DNA from: an uncultured Bacillales bacterium
Lineage (GTDB): Bacteria > Bacillota > Bacilli > Bacillales > CAVSKA01
NCBI GenBank assembly: GCA_963728315.1
Contig: CAVSKA010000017.1
Span: 76,127-140,126 of the forward strand
Direction of reading: 5' to 3'
DNA: 64,000 nucleotides
Positions 40,951-50,371 of this stretch are shown here, piece after piece. The translations under genes were made by a program, and so were the position numbers. The notes beneath the pieces are model-generated. The model worked only from the letters and a program-made list of their open reading frames with translations. It had not been told where the DNA came from and searched no databases. Numbering within the stretch: the first letter of the stretch is position 1; every line of letters starts with the position of its first letter.

Positions 40951-43293
40951 ATGAGTGAACGATTTAGACGCAAGACACCAGAAGAAATTTTGTCTTCTAT
41001 TGCAAAAGTAAATCGAGGACGATTCATCATCTTTTTAGGTGCAGTTAGCGGATCTGGCAAAACATATCACATGTTAATGGAAGGAAACCGCTTAAAGAAA
41101 AAGGGGGTTGATGTCGTTCTTGGTGTCATAGTTGATTCTCATCATCCTGATACAAGCAATCAAATTGGTGTATTGGAGATCATTCCATCAATCAGATGGG
41201 AAGATCATGGAAATACGAAATTTGATCTGAATATTGAATACATCCTAGCTAGAAAACCTGAAGTCATTCTTGTAGATGAATTAGCCCATCGAAATCATGA
41301 ACGGAATAAGAACGCTACACGTTTAGACGATGTGATGGAATTGATTGATTACAATATTAGTGTAATCACGACGGTCAATATCTACGAATTAGAAGGTGTC
41401 AAAAGGGTAGCCGAGAAGCTAACAGGTATGAAAGTTAAGGTTGATCAGTGTGTTCCAGAAAATACGCTTGCGCAAGCAGATGAAGTCAAACTAGTTGATG
41501 TCACCCCAGAATCGATCTTAAAGCGTATACAAGAAGGAAGTATAATCAATTCTTCATCTAAAACGAAAAAAAGAGAATCCTTATTTCATCAAAATAATTT
41601 AGCTGTGCTAAGAGAGTTATCTTTAAGAGTGCTCGCAGGTGAAGTCAATGAAGATCTTGATGACTATCGGGAAAAGCATGGTCTTGTAGGTGCTTCTGGT
41701 GCCTCAGAAAGGATTCTTGTTATGGTTCAGTACCACTGGACCGCTTCTAGTTTGATTCGAAAGGGACAGCAATTGGCAAAAAGACTAGGGGCGGAAATAG
41801 ACATTCTTTGTATTCGTTCAGGCAAAAATCCACTTTCAAAAGACGAAATTACATTTAAACGAGCGATGGAGAAACTAGCTGAAAAAATAGGAGCACATTT
41901 TGAAGAGTTGCCAGGTCTTAGTGGAAAAGTGTCTGATCAAATTATTGAATACGCGATGCAGAAAAATAGTACTCGCATTGTCATAGGGCAATCGAAACGC
42001 AGCCGATTGGATGAAATGATTTATGGATCCATTACCAATAAAATTCTTAGAAAAACCAAAAATGTCGATCTTTTGATCGTAGCTGATTTAGCTAAAAAAG
42101 AACATATTATACCGACAAAAATTCACCATCGACATTCAAATGTAAACTCTTATAAAAGGTTGTCTCCATTGGAAGTAGAGGAGGTTATTCATAAAATTAA
42201 ACGTGGCACACTAAGCATCTATATTGGGTCAGCTCCAGGAGTGGGGAAAACCTATAAAATGCTGATAGAAGCAAATAAGTTAAAAGAAAAAGGAATTGAC
42301 GTCGTAATCGGTTTGCTCGAAACACATGAAAGAGAAGAAACAATCGAACAAATTGGACAATTGGAGATCATTCCAAGAAAAGAGATTCTTTATAAAAACG
42401 TTAAATTATCCGAAATGGACACGGGTGCGATTATTAATCGAAACCCCGAAGTGGTACTTGTTGATGAATTAGCTCATACAAACATTCCTGGAAGTAAGTA
42501 TATAAAACGATATGAAGACGTGAATGAAATTCTCGAAGCAGGTATTTCTGTAATCACGACGATGAATATTCAACATCTAGAGAGCTTAAATGATAGCGTT
42601 GAGCAAATAACAGGCGTAAGAGTAAAAGAAGTCATTCCTGATCATATCTTGAAAAATGCAAATGAAATTGAACTCATTGACATATCACCCATAACATTAA
42701 GACAAAGGATGCGTGAAGGAAATATTTATAAACAGGGGAAAATTGAGCAGTCTCTAAAGAATTTTTTTAAAAAAGGGAATCTGATTGCCTTAAGAGAATT
42801 AGCTCTGCGGGAAGTAGCTTACGATGTCGATGACAGAATGGATGATTTCGGCAAAAAAGGGGTTCAAAGAGAATTGGCTCACCAAGAAATCATTACAGTG
42901 TGTGTAAACTTACGTAGTAATGGTGAAAGACTGGTAAGACGAGGGTTTCGTAATGCTTACCGACTAAGAGCGGTCTTCAATGTGGTTTATATTCAAGATC
43001 ATATCCCTTTAACAAGTGAAGAAGAAAAGCAATTAGAAAAAATAATTTCATTAACCATTAGATTGGGTGGAGAATTTTATACTTCTTCCGTTCCTCATAG
43101 AAGAAAAATCGTAAATGAACTAGTAAAACAATTAAATGAGCAGAAAACAACACAAGTCGTTTTAGGTCAGTCGGCTCGATCACGATTTCAAGAAATAGTA
43201 AAAGGATCCGTTGTTGAACATCTTCTCTTGAAAATTCGCCATACAAGTGTATGGATCGTTGCAGATCAAAAAAATCAGACTGAATCATTTTAG
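40951..43293 (+). CDS. KdpD-like protein: two tandem copies of (KdpD N-terminal P-loop domain + USP domain), no membrane or histidine-kinase part
   Basis: Copy 1 has GAVSGSGKTYHML..DELAHRN..VITTVNIYELE. Copy 2, from about nt 42150, has GSAPGVGKTYKML..DELAHTN..VITTMNIQHLES. Each copy is followed by a USP-like segment. AAGAGG RBS before ATG 40951 (the track ORF starts at 40873). Confidence 0.85.
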   Translation: MSERFRRKTPEEILSSIAKVNRGRFIIFLGAVSGSGKTYHMLMEGNRLKKKGVDVVLGVIVDSHHPDTSNQIGVLEIIPSIRWEDHGNTKFDLNIEYILARKPEVILVDELAHRNHERNKNATRLDDVMELIDYNISVITTVNIYELEGVKRVAEKLTGMKVKVDQCVPENTLAQADEVKLVDVTPESILKRIQEGSIINSSSKTKKRESLFHQNNLAVLRELSLRVLAGEVNEDLDDYREKHGLVGASGASERILVMVQYHWTASSLIRKGQQLAKRLGAEIDILCIRSGKNPLSKDEITFKRAMEKLAEKIGAHFEELPGLSGKVSDQIIEYAMQKNSTRIVIGQSKRSRLDEMIYGSITNKILRKTKNVDLLIVADLAKKEHIIPTKIHHRHSNVNSYKRLSPLEVEEVIHKIKRGTLSIYIGSAPGVGKTYKMLIEANKLKEKGIDVVIGLLETHEREETIEQIGQLEIIPRKEILYKNVKLSEMDTGAIINRNPEVVLVDELAHTNIPGSKYIKRYEDVNEILEAGISVITTMNIQHLESLNDSVEQITGVRVKEVIPDHILKNANEIELIDISPITLRQRMREGNIYKQGKIEQSLKNFFKKGNLIALRELALREVAYDVDDRMDDFGKKGVQRELAHQEIITVCVNLRSNGERLVRRGFRNAYRLRAVFNVVYIQDHIPLTSEEEKQLEKIISLTIRLGGEFYTSSVPHRRKIVNELVKQLNEQKTTQVVLGQSARSRFQEIVKGSVVEHLLLKIRHTSVWIVADQKNQTESF

Positions 43294-43423
43294 AAGAACA
43301 ATAAAAATGAAAAACGAGAATTTTTACAAATGCAACAATAGTTAACATTTATTAATAAAAAAGCGGAAAATATTTTTACAATATATTGAATATTCGGTAT
43401 GATGGAAAAAGGGGTGTCGAACA

Positions 43424-43975
43424 ATGTTTAATTTTCAAATCGATGAAGATGTAACACTTAAATTAATTGATGAAAGCCAAGCTGATGAACTATTTAAATT
43501 GTCTGATGAGTCGAGAGGCCATATTCGTGAATGGTTAAGATGGGTAGAAAATACGAAGTCAATCGATGATACGAAGGAGTTTATTACACATACTCGTAAG
43601 CAATTTGGAGAGAATGCAGGCCTAGTAGCTACAATGTGGTATAAAGGTGAAATGGCAGGAACAATTAGTTTACACAATATTAACTTAAAACTTAAATCAG
43701 TCGAAATCGGATACTGGGTAGGTGAAAGATTTCAAGGGAAAGGGATCGTAACAAAATCATGTCAAGCGCTCATTGATTATGCATTCAATGCGCTACAACT
43801 TGAACGGGTTGAAATTCGGGCGGCGGTAGGTAATATTAAGAGTCAAGCAGTGCCCTTAAGACTTGGCTTCAAACATGAAGGTACATTAAGAAGAATATTA
43901 CCGACCATTCGGGGGCTTGAAGACGGCTGTATTTATGGTTTGCTAAAAGAAGAATGGAACAATCGTGAGCAATAA
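43424..43975 (+). CDS. GNAT acetyltransferase (RimJ/RimL-like)
   Basis: 183 aa with the FQGKGIVTKS motif. Confidence 0.85.
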   Translation: MFNFQIDEDVTLKLIDESQADELFKLSDESRGHIREWLRWVENTKSIDDTKEFITHTRKQFGENAGLVATMWYKGEMAGTISLHNINLKLKSVEIGYWVGERFQGKGIVTKSCQALIDYAFNALQLERVEIRAAVGNIKSQAVPLRLGFKHEGTLRRILPTIRGLEDGCIYGLLKEEWNNREQ

Positions 43976-44150
43976 CTTGAAAACTTCGGCGATGAGCTGA
44001 AGTTTTTTTGTTAGAGGATTACAATTGAGAAGAGGGTGTATAAACTGAATAATCTAGCTTAGATTACTCTTGGCGATCAATTTTCCACTATTAAAAATGG
44101 GGTCTGCCTCAAAAGGGATTTTATCCTTGTGAAACAGACCCAGATTATGT

Positions 44151-44705
44151 TTAGAATTTCGTAATTTTTTCTTCAATAGGGGTTCGTTTTCGGTCTTTTA
44201 AAGGAGCTTCAGGGTCAAAATAACCAAGGTGGATAATACCAATCACTTTTTCCCCTTTGTCTACCCCAATTCCTGCGTAAAACTTAGGTTCTAAAATATG
44301 GTTAGGTGTTTTCCAACACGTTCCTAAATTTTTATCCCAAGCTAAAAGTTGAAAATTTTGGAGCATACAGCTGACAGCAGCAAAGTTTTCTTCACGAATT
44401 TTTTGACGAGGATCTTCATTCATGACTGCAATTAAAAAGGCCGGTACACTAGCATGCCCTTTTCGAATGGCTTCGTGACGATCTGTTGGATAAGCAGTTA
44501 ACACCGCGTCGATGTAAGCTTCTTTGCGATCTTCTGTAACGAGAATAAAGCGCCAAGGTTCTCTTAGACCATGGTTAGGTGCCCATGCTGCATCTTTTAA
44601 TAAGGATACAACTGTTTCTTCCTTCACTTCTGTAGGTAAATAACCTGATTTCATCGATCTTCGGTTACGAATAACCTCTGCGATTGAATGTGTTTTTGTT
44701 GTCAT
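44151..44705 (-). CDS. nitroreductase-family protein
   Basis: 184 aa. N-terminal VIRNRRSMK.. and overall nitroreductase fold pattern. Confidence 0.85.
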   Translation of the reverse strand: MTTKTHSIAEVIRNRRSMKSGYLPTEVKEETVVSLLKDAAWAPNHGLREPWRFILVTEDRKEAYIDAVLTAYPTDRHEAIRKGHASVPAFLIAVMNEDPRQKIREENFAAVSCMLQNFQLLAWDKNLGTCWKTPNHILEPKFYAGIGVDKGEKVIGIIHLGYFDPEAPLKDRKRTPIEEKITKF

Positions 44706-44745
44706 ATTAGACTCCTTTTGAATTTCAATTTTTCTTGATTGAAAT

Positions 44746-45311
44746 GGCTATATGAGTGGATGATGTTGATAGGAAGCAAAAACAATACTCTTGCGGAAAA
44801 ACGAGCGAGTCGAGACCACGCAGTGTGGTTTTTGAGGCCACTGATAAAGTCCTATTTGAACATCCAAGTGAGTATAGGCATGGATTTACGTTCTAGGCAG
44901 ACGCTTTCCGCGGGCACGGCTTCAATCTCCTCCGACAAACAGGAAGTTTTAGCGCAGTCGTTGCAACAGGATGTTGCGCTCTTAGACTGTGATCCTTTCT
45001 CTGCGGAGCTTTCAGCTCGCGCTATTCCCGCAGGAGTCGCTGCCTTCCACTGCCATTGGAATAACGTTTTAAAAAGAACGATCCTATCTGAAAATGCTAT
45101 TTTAACGATGTCCAAGGATGGTTGTTTAAAGATGAAGAAAAAAATACGAGTCTTTTGAGTGCTCCTTTTTCATTTGCAGCTTTTCAATCTTTAAAATTTG
45201 GACTTTTTCAGTGGCCTAGTGGTTTTTCACGAGGAGGCTCGATCGTTCGCCCGCGGAAAGCAAGTTGTTTTGCTGAATGTAGAAGAATCAACATCATCCT
45301 TTAAAAAGTTC
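44746..45311 (-). mobile_element. family-B MITE-like element, composite copy B2 (inverted relative to B1)
   Basis: Arms GGCTATATGAGTGGATGATGTTGAT.. and ..ATCAACATCATCCTTTAAAAAGTTC. The interior is the reverse complement of the B1 interior. Flanked by ATTGAAAT (44738-44745) and ATTAAAAT (45312-45319). Confidence 0.85.
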
Positions 45312-45665
45312 ATTAAAATAAGAATTATTTTTATCATAATTTCGATTTTAACATTGTTATTATAGTATGTTTCATTGTGGATATTCAATCTATTCTTAAA
45401 TAATAGAACTAATCATTGAACGAATTTATTTAGTCGTTCATCTAAAAACAGGCTTTAAAACAAATGATCCGTTTTTTAAAAAATTTACATGATTCAACAA
45501 AGTGGAGATTGTCGATTGTTAATCACGAAAAACAGTTCAGAGAAAAAGAAGGTTGATGAAAGGAGAATGTCCATTAAACCTTCTTTCAGTAAAAAAGCCA
45601 TAAGCCGAGAAGAGAAAGTTAAAAGAAAAGGTACAATAGAGCTTTTCTTTTGATCCTTTACTTAC

Positions 45666-46793
45666 TTATGTGTGCCTTACTTTCAAAAATGAAGAGGGTT
45701 GAACAAGTTCTAACACAACTTCAAAGGCATTTTTTTCCTTTTTACTTTCGAAACTGTCCATTTTTCCAATCAACAAGCTTCTCTTCCAGTCATTTTCTAA
45801 GATAGAAGTAATTTGCTCTTCAAATCCAATTTCTTCTGATAAGAGAACAACGAGATTTTCCTCCACTAATTTTTTTAAATTAAATTGCTCTTGTCCAGGG
45901 AGAGCGGAGTGAACAAAGATGGGAATTCTCTTTTTTAATGCCTCACTAATAGTAATTCCTCCGGGCTTTGTGATAATCGCATCGACATCTTCATAAAGGG
46001 CATTCATTTCTGATTGTGTCTGGATATAGTTCATTGGCTGAATATGATCGATTTCCCAAGATTGAATTTCATCAAATAATCGATGATTCTTACCGCAAAG
46101 TACTGTATATCGATAACTAGATTGCTCTTTAATCTGAAGAAGGAGTTCCTTAATTCTACCAAGACCTATGCTGCCTCCACTTATTAAAATATGTTTTTTT
46201 GTATGCGGATCGGAAGAAAATCCAGTCAAGGAATCTTCATTTACAGGAATTCCGGTGATGGTAATTTTATTCTCTGGAACGTGAAAGCGATTGATTAATT
46301 CTTGTTTCATTGAACGATCATTTACAAGATGATAATCAATTCCGCTTTTCCCCCACACGTCGTTAATAAAAAAATCTGTGTAGACATTCACAACTGGAAT
46401 ATCTATTTTTCCCTTTCTTTTTAAATGATTGATGATGGAAGAAGGGAAACTGTGCGTACAAACAATGACATCAGGTTTTTCTTCTCGAATCATTTTTAAC
46501 ATCAAATATTGAAATAAAAAAGCAGGATACGTAGAATCTTCGTTATTTTTTCTTTCTTCAGAATACATCGTATGTTTGTATATCCAATCATAAGTACCTG
46601 GAAACCACTCAATCCACTTTAAATAAGTGGTAGATACTATTTTCTCAATTGATTTATTCCAATAACTAAGAAAATCGACTTTTTTACAATGTACGTTTTG
46701 ATTCTCATCTATTAATGAATTCATCAGTGCATCAGCAACTCGATGATGCCCCGAAGGCATTTGGAATAGCGGTAAAAACAGCACTTTTTTCAT
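45666..46793 (-). CDS. MGDG-synthase/UgtP-like glycosyltransferase (GT28 family)
   Basis: N-terminal LFQMPSGHHRVADAL (diacylglycerol glucosyltransferase N-terminal domain pattern). C-terminal ITKPGGITISEAL nucleotide-sugar binding motif. Confidence 0.8.
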   Translation of the reverse strand: MKKVLFLPLFQMPSGHHRVADALMNSLIDENQNVHCKKVDFLSYWNKSIEKIVSTTYLKWIEWFPGTYDWIYKHTMYSEERKNNEDSTYPAFLFQYLMLKMIREEKPDVIVCTHSFPSSIINHLKRKGKIDIPVVNVYTDFFINDVWGKSGIDYHLVNDRSMKQELINRFHVPENKITITGIPVNEDSLTGFSSDPHTKKHILISGGSIGLGRIKELLLQIKEQSSYRYTVLCGKNHRLFDEIQSWEIDHIQPMNYIQTQSEMNALYEDVDAIITKPGGITISEALKKRIPIFVHSALPGQEQFNLKKLVEENLVVLLSEEIGFEEQITSILENDWKRSLLIGKMDSFESKKEKNAFEVVLELVQPSSFLKVRHT

Positions 46794-46805
46794 CTGAAAT
46801 CCTCC

Positions 46806-47396
46806 TTAAATGTCCTTTCCTTGTGCATGAGATCTTCTCTTTCTAAGGAAAGTAACTAAAAAAAGAAGAAGTGCCACACCAGCTAAAATAGGCAAGTATT
46901 TAACTGGTAACCGGTCCCCTAAGAAATATCCAATGGCTGTGAATAATGATGTCCAAAGAAGGGTGCCGATGAATGATAAAGCAAGATAGCGAAAGAAAGA
47001 GTATTTCACCATACCAGCCAAATAAGGATTTAATTGCCTCAACCCTGGAAGGAAAAATCCGTAGAGTATAGAAATCGTTCCATGTTTGGCAAAGTGACTT
47101 TCCACATGCTTAAATCGTTCAGGTGTCACTCTAATATATTTTCCGAATTTTTGAATAAATAACAGGCCTAATTTTCGTCCAATTCCGTAAGCAACCAACA
47201 TTCCCAAGAAGGCTCCCAAGAATGCCATCGCTACACTATTAATAAAATTCAGTTTGTGTTTTGCAATCAGAATTCCCAATAGTACCATAAATGTTTCTTC
47301 TGGGGCGGGTATTCCCACAATCCCGCAAAATAATATAAGCAGAATAATCCAATACCCATATTGATGCAAATAGGTTAAAACCGTATTAATATCCAT
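46806..47396 (-). CDS. DedA-family membrane protein
   Basis: 196 aa. GIPAPEETFMVLLG and FFLPGLRQLNPYLAGM re-entrant-loop motifs are typical of DedA. Confidence 0.85.
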   Translation of the reverse strand: MDINTVLTYLHQYGYWIILLILFCGIVGIPAPEETFMVLLGILIAKHKLNFINSVAMAFLGAFLGMLVAYGIGRKLGLLFIQKFGKYIRVTPERFKHVESHFAKHGTISILYGFFLPGLRQLNPYLAGMVKYSFFRYLALSFIGTLLWTSLFTAIGYFLGDRLPVKYLPILAGVALLLFLVTFLRKRRSHAQGKDI

Positions 47397-47421
47397 ATAG
47401 ACCTCGCTCTACTAGCTAAAC

Positions 47422-48135
47422 TTAGTGTAATGATTTGTTTTCAAGTACATCCTTAAGAGGGAGGCACTGGAATCCTTGATTTTGAAATTCGTAAATAAAT
47501 TCTCTTAATGCTTTTATCGTGGACTCAGGAGCTTTTCGATCAGCACCAAGTGTATCTCCATTGTCATGTAATAAATAAATTGTACCGTCTGAAAGATCAT
47601 CTTTGAGCTTGTTTTTTAGGAGCTCGACTTTTTGTACTTTCCAATCAGTTGTGATGGAGGACCACATGATAACTTTTAAATGCTTCGTATAAGCCAAAGT
47701 AAAAAGATTAAAATGTCCCCAAGGCGGTCGATAGTAAGGGGGTTTATAATTCACGAGCGATTTGATGATATTTTCAGTATCCGTGATCTCTTTTTTCATT
47801 CTAAAGGGGAGAATCGTCCAATTACTAACATGTTTATAATGGTGAATCCCGATTGAATGACCTTCAGCTACCATTCTTTTAACGAGAAATGGATTTTCTT
47901 TTGCTCGTTCACCTACAACAAAAAAGGTGGCTGGAATATTAAACTCCTTTAAAAGGTCAAGTAACTGTGCAGTATAAGTGGGGTGAGGTCCATCATCGAA
48001 AGTTAAGGATATTTTTTTATTAATTGACCCTCTTTTGTTAACGCGACTACTTATTGACCGAATAATAACGGTAGGAATTGGCCCATATAAGACAAATAGG
48101 AAAAATGCAAAGCTAACGATAATGAATAAAATCAT
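47422..48135 (-). CDS. membrane-anchored polysaccharide deacetylase (CE4)
   Basis: N-terminal TM helix. CE4 motifs LTFDDGP and HSIGIHHYKH. Confidence 0.85.
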   Translation of the reverse strand: MILFIIVSFAFFLFVLYGPIPTVIIRSISSRVNKRGSINKKISLTFDDGPHPTYTAQLLDLLKEFNIPATFFVVGERAKENPFLVKRMVAEGHSIGIHHYKHVSNWTILPFRMKKEITDTENIIKSLVNYKPPYYRPPWGHFNLFTLAYTKHLKVIMWSSITTDWKVQKVELLKNKLKDDLSDGTIYLLHDNGDTLGADRKAPESTIKALREFIYEFQNQGFQCLPLKDVLENKSLH

Positions 48136-48463
48136 GTCTGATCACGCTACTTTCTATAACGAACCAATATCAACAGGATAAGAGTAAAACGATATTTTAA
48201 ATAGGACAGCATTTAAAATACATGAATCCTTTCCTCCATTTTAACAGCGTCACACGACTGTTACAATTTCCATTGATTCATCAATAGATTCTCAGTCCAT
48301 ATTTGTGTCATATTTATTAATTCACTGAAAACATACAATTTTTTCATCAGAATTTCAGGGAAAAGGGATTAAAATAGCGAAAATAATGTCTGGAAAAAAA
48401 GCATATTAGATCGATTGAAAACTCATAATGAAGTAAAGAAATGAATGTAGAAGATGTATCAAC

Positions 48464-49075
48464 ATGGCGAATCACCTAGAACGAAAGTCCATTGGAGCAG
48501 CTGTTTTGATCCTATTTCTTTACCTCCTGCCACTTTATATCTTGCAAGATAGTACACAAATTCGAACGCACGATAATCTGGATTCGAATCTTGCTTGGTA
48601 TAAAATTTTAAAAGGAAGTGGTCAACTATTCGGTCTGATTTATGCAGTTATTCCCCAATTAATGAATGGACTTTCTAGAAATGTATTTGGGACAGAATTT
48701 AGCGGAATTGTTTGGTTACATCAAAACTTTCCTACGATGTTAGCTTATGCACTTTCTCAAAGCATTACTAGATTTTTTGTATTTGTAGGCACGTATTTAT
48801 TAAGAATGGATCATTTTTTTGAAAATCAAATGAAGCCCTTTTTGTAAGAACGGCTGTTGCTCTCGCCTTCGCGCTTACACCGGTTTGGCCATCTGGCATG
48901 TTAAGTACATTAGGTATGCCACTTGCTTTATGGGCTTTTTTAAACATTTGTGCTGGAAAACTAACAAATAAAGATTGCTGTACTCTTTAAGTATTGCCCT
49001 TTTATTCAAGTTTCGTGCTCGGTTTCTTCTTCTTAGTAGGAATAGGATACTTATGGGCTCGGGACTTATTAATAA
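48464..49075 (+). pseudogene. DUF6044-like membrane protein, frameshifted and truncated at a repeat insertion
   Basis: The N-terminal 127 aa are open. The protein continues after the stop in another frame (..RTAVALAFALTPVWPSGMLSTLGMPLALWAFLNICAGK..) and shifts again. The sequence ends at the family-B repeat at 49076; the remaining roughly 60 percent of a typical family member is absent. Family assignment is from memory of similar Bacillus proteins. Confidence 0.55.
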
Positions 49076-49245
49076 GGCTTTGTTAAATGATCATGTTGAT
49101 TTTTCAACATTTAGCAAAACAACTTGCTTTCAGCGGAAGAACGGTCGATCCTCCGCTTGAAAAACCACACTGCGGGGTCTCGACTCGCTCGTTTTTCCGG
49201 AAGCTCCGACAAGTCGTGATAAATTCCGATTATCACATAATGATT
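49076..49245 (-). mobile_element. family-B minimal element B4 (one end diverged)
   Basis: GGCTTTGTTAAATGATCATGTTGAT..cagcggaagaacggtcgatcctccgc..ccacactgcggggtctcgactcgctcgtttttcc. The right arm is joined directly to the left arm core. The far end is diverged. Confidence 0.7.
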
Positions 49246-49529
49246 TTTGGCAATCGGTTTTGTTGGAATTCAAGAATTATTTGATTGGTTATACTCACGA
49301 TATGACTATGCATACTGCTTTTATTCTCCCCGTAGGATTGCAAATTGCTCGTTTCATTCTCACTTACATCTTCATTACTCCACCCACCTCATTTTACAGA
49401 AGATATTGCTGTCATCTTTGGGAGGGGGATCTATACGATCTTAAATTACATTGGTCAAAAAATTTGTATTTTAAAAACATGAAAAGCCTGATCCTATACT
49501 TAGGATCAGGCTCTTTCTCTTTGAATGAA

Positions 49530-49952
49530 TTACAGAGATTTTGCTTCTACTTCAATGTCGATATTTCCTTTTGTTGCTTTTGAGTAGGGGCAGAAAGCAT
49601 GAGCTTTTTCAACAAGACTTTGTGCTTCGTCTTGAGAAAGACCTGAGATTTCTACAGTGATCTTTCCGCCGATTTTGAAGCCATTGTCTGTTTCATCTTT
49701 CAATAAACTAATTTCGGCTGTTGTTTTCGATTCAATTTTCAATTTCTCCTTACTGGCAATTAAGTTCAAAGCCCCATCAAAACAAGATGCGTATCCAGCA
49801 GCAAATAGTTGTTCAGGATTTGAAGTTTTGACGCCTTCTTTGCCTTTCGTACCAGGCATAGATAATTCGAAATCTACAACTCCATCACTCGATGTTACAT
49901 GACCGTTACGACCTCCAACTGCAGTAGCTTGAGTAGTTAATATTGATGACAT
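49530..49952 (-). CDS. ohr: organic hydroperoxide resistance protein (OsmC/Ohr family)
   Basis: Two catalytic Cys contexts, AAGYASCF and AHAFCPYS. AGAAGAGG RBS before ATG 49952 (the track ORF starts at GTG 49961). Confidence 0.9.
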   Translation of the reverse strand: MSSILTTQATAVGGRNGHVTSSDGVVDFELSMPGTKGKEGVKTSNPEQLFAAGYASCFDGALNLIASKEKLKIESKTTAEISLLKDETDNGFKIGGKITVEISGLSQDEAQSLVEKAHAFCPYSKATKGNIDIEVEAKSL

Positions 49953-49993
49953 TAAAAGCACCTCTTCTAGATAGATTTTTTAAAATTAAATTT

Positions 49994-50044
49994 TGCACAA
50001 TTTAAATTTAAACAATTAAATGATGAATGTCAATTAAATTGCAC
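49994..50044. promoter_or_regulatory. OhrR-type operator-like inverted repeats upstream of ohr
   Basis: TGCACAATTTAAATT (49994-50008) and CAATTAAATTGCAC (50031-50044). The CAATTAAATTG core resembles the B. subtilis OhrR box TACAATT-AAATTGTA. Confidence 0.5.
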
Positions 50045-50371
50045 GCAATCTAACTTGTTGTATTCTTACTCTTCTTTGTATTCCCAAGTTGACAAAGAAA
50101 AAATCAATTAAAGTGTTTTTGTTCGTCTCTTCATAAGAATTTTTAATATGATGACAATCGATAATTAATTCAAGAACTAAAAATTTCGAATATCGAAATT
50201 TCAAGAGGCAATGTTAATAGGTGGTGTGGTAAAATCATACAAGATCGATTAATTGAATATGAAATTGAACGTATTGATAACGAGGGTTAGGTTTATAAAT
50301 TCAAATAAGGGCAATTGATTAAAAGGACGATTAAGAATGGCCCAATGATGACAGAAGGTAGGAAGAAAAAG

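Noticed and set aside
45567-45653. 28-codon ORF MSIKPSFSKKAISREEKVKRKGTIELFF with a GAAAGGAG RBS, convergent with the glycosyltransferase gene.
   Set aside because: The RBS is plausible, but there is no recognisable family, no partner gene and no way to test conservation here. It is left unannotated.
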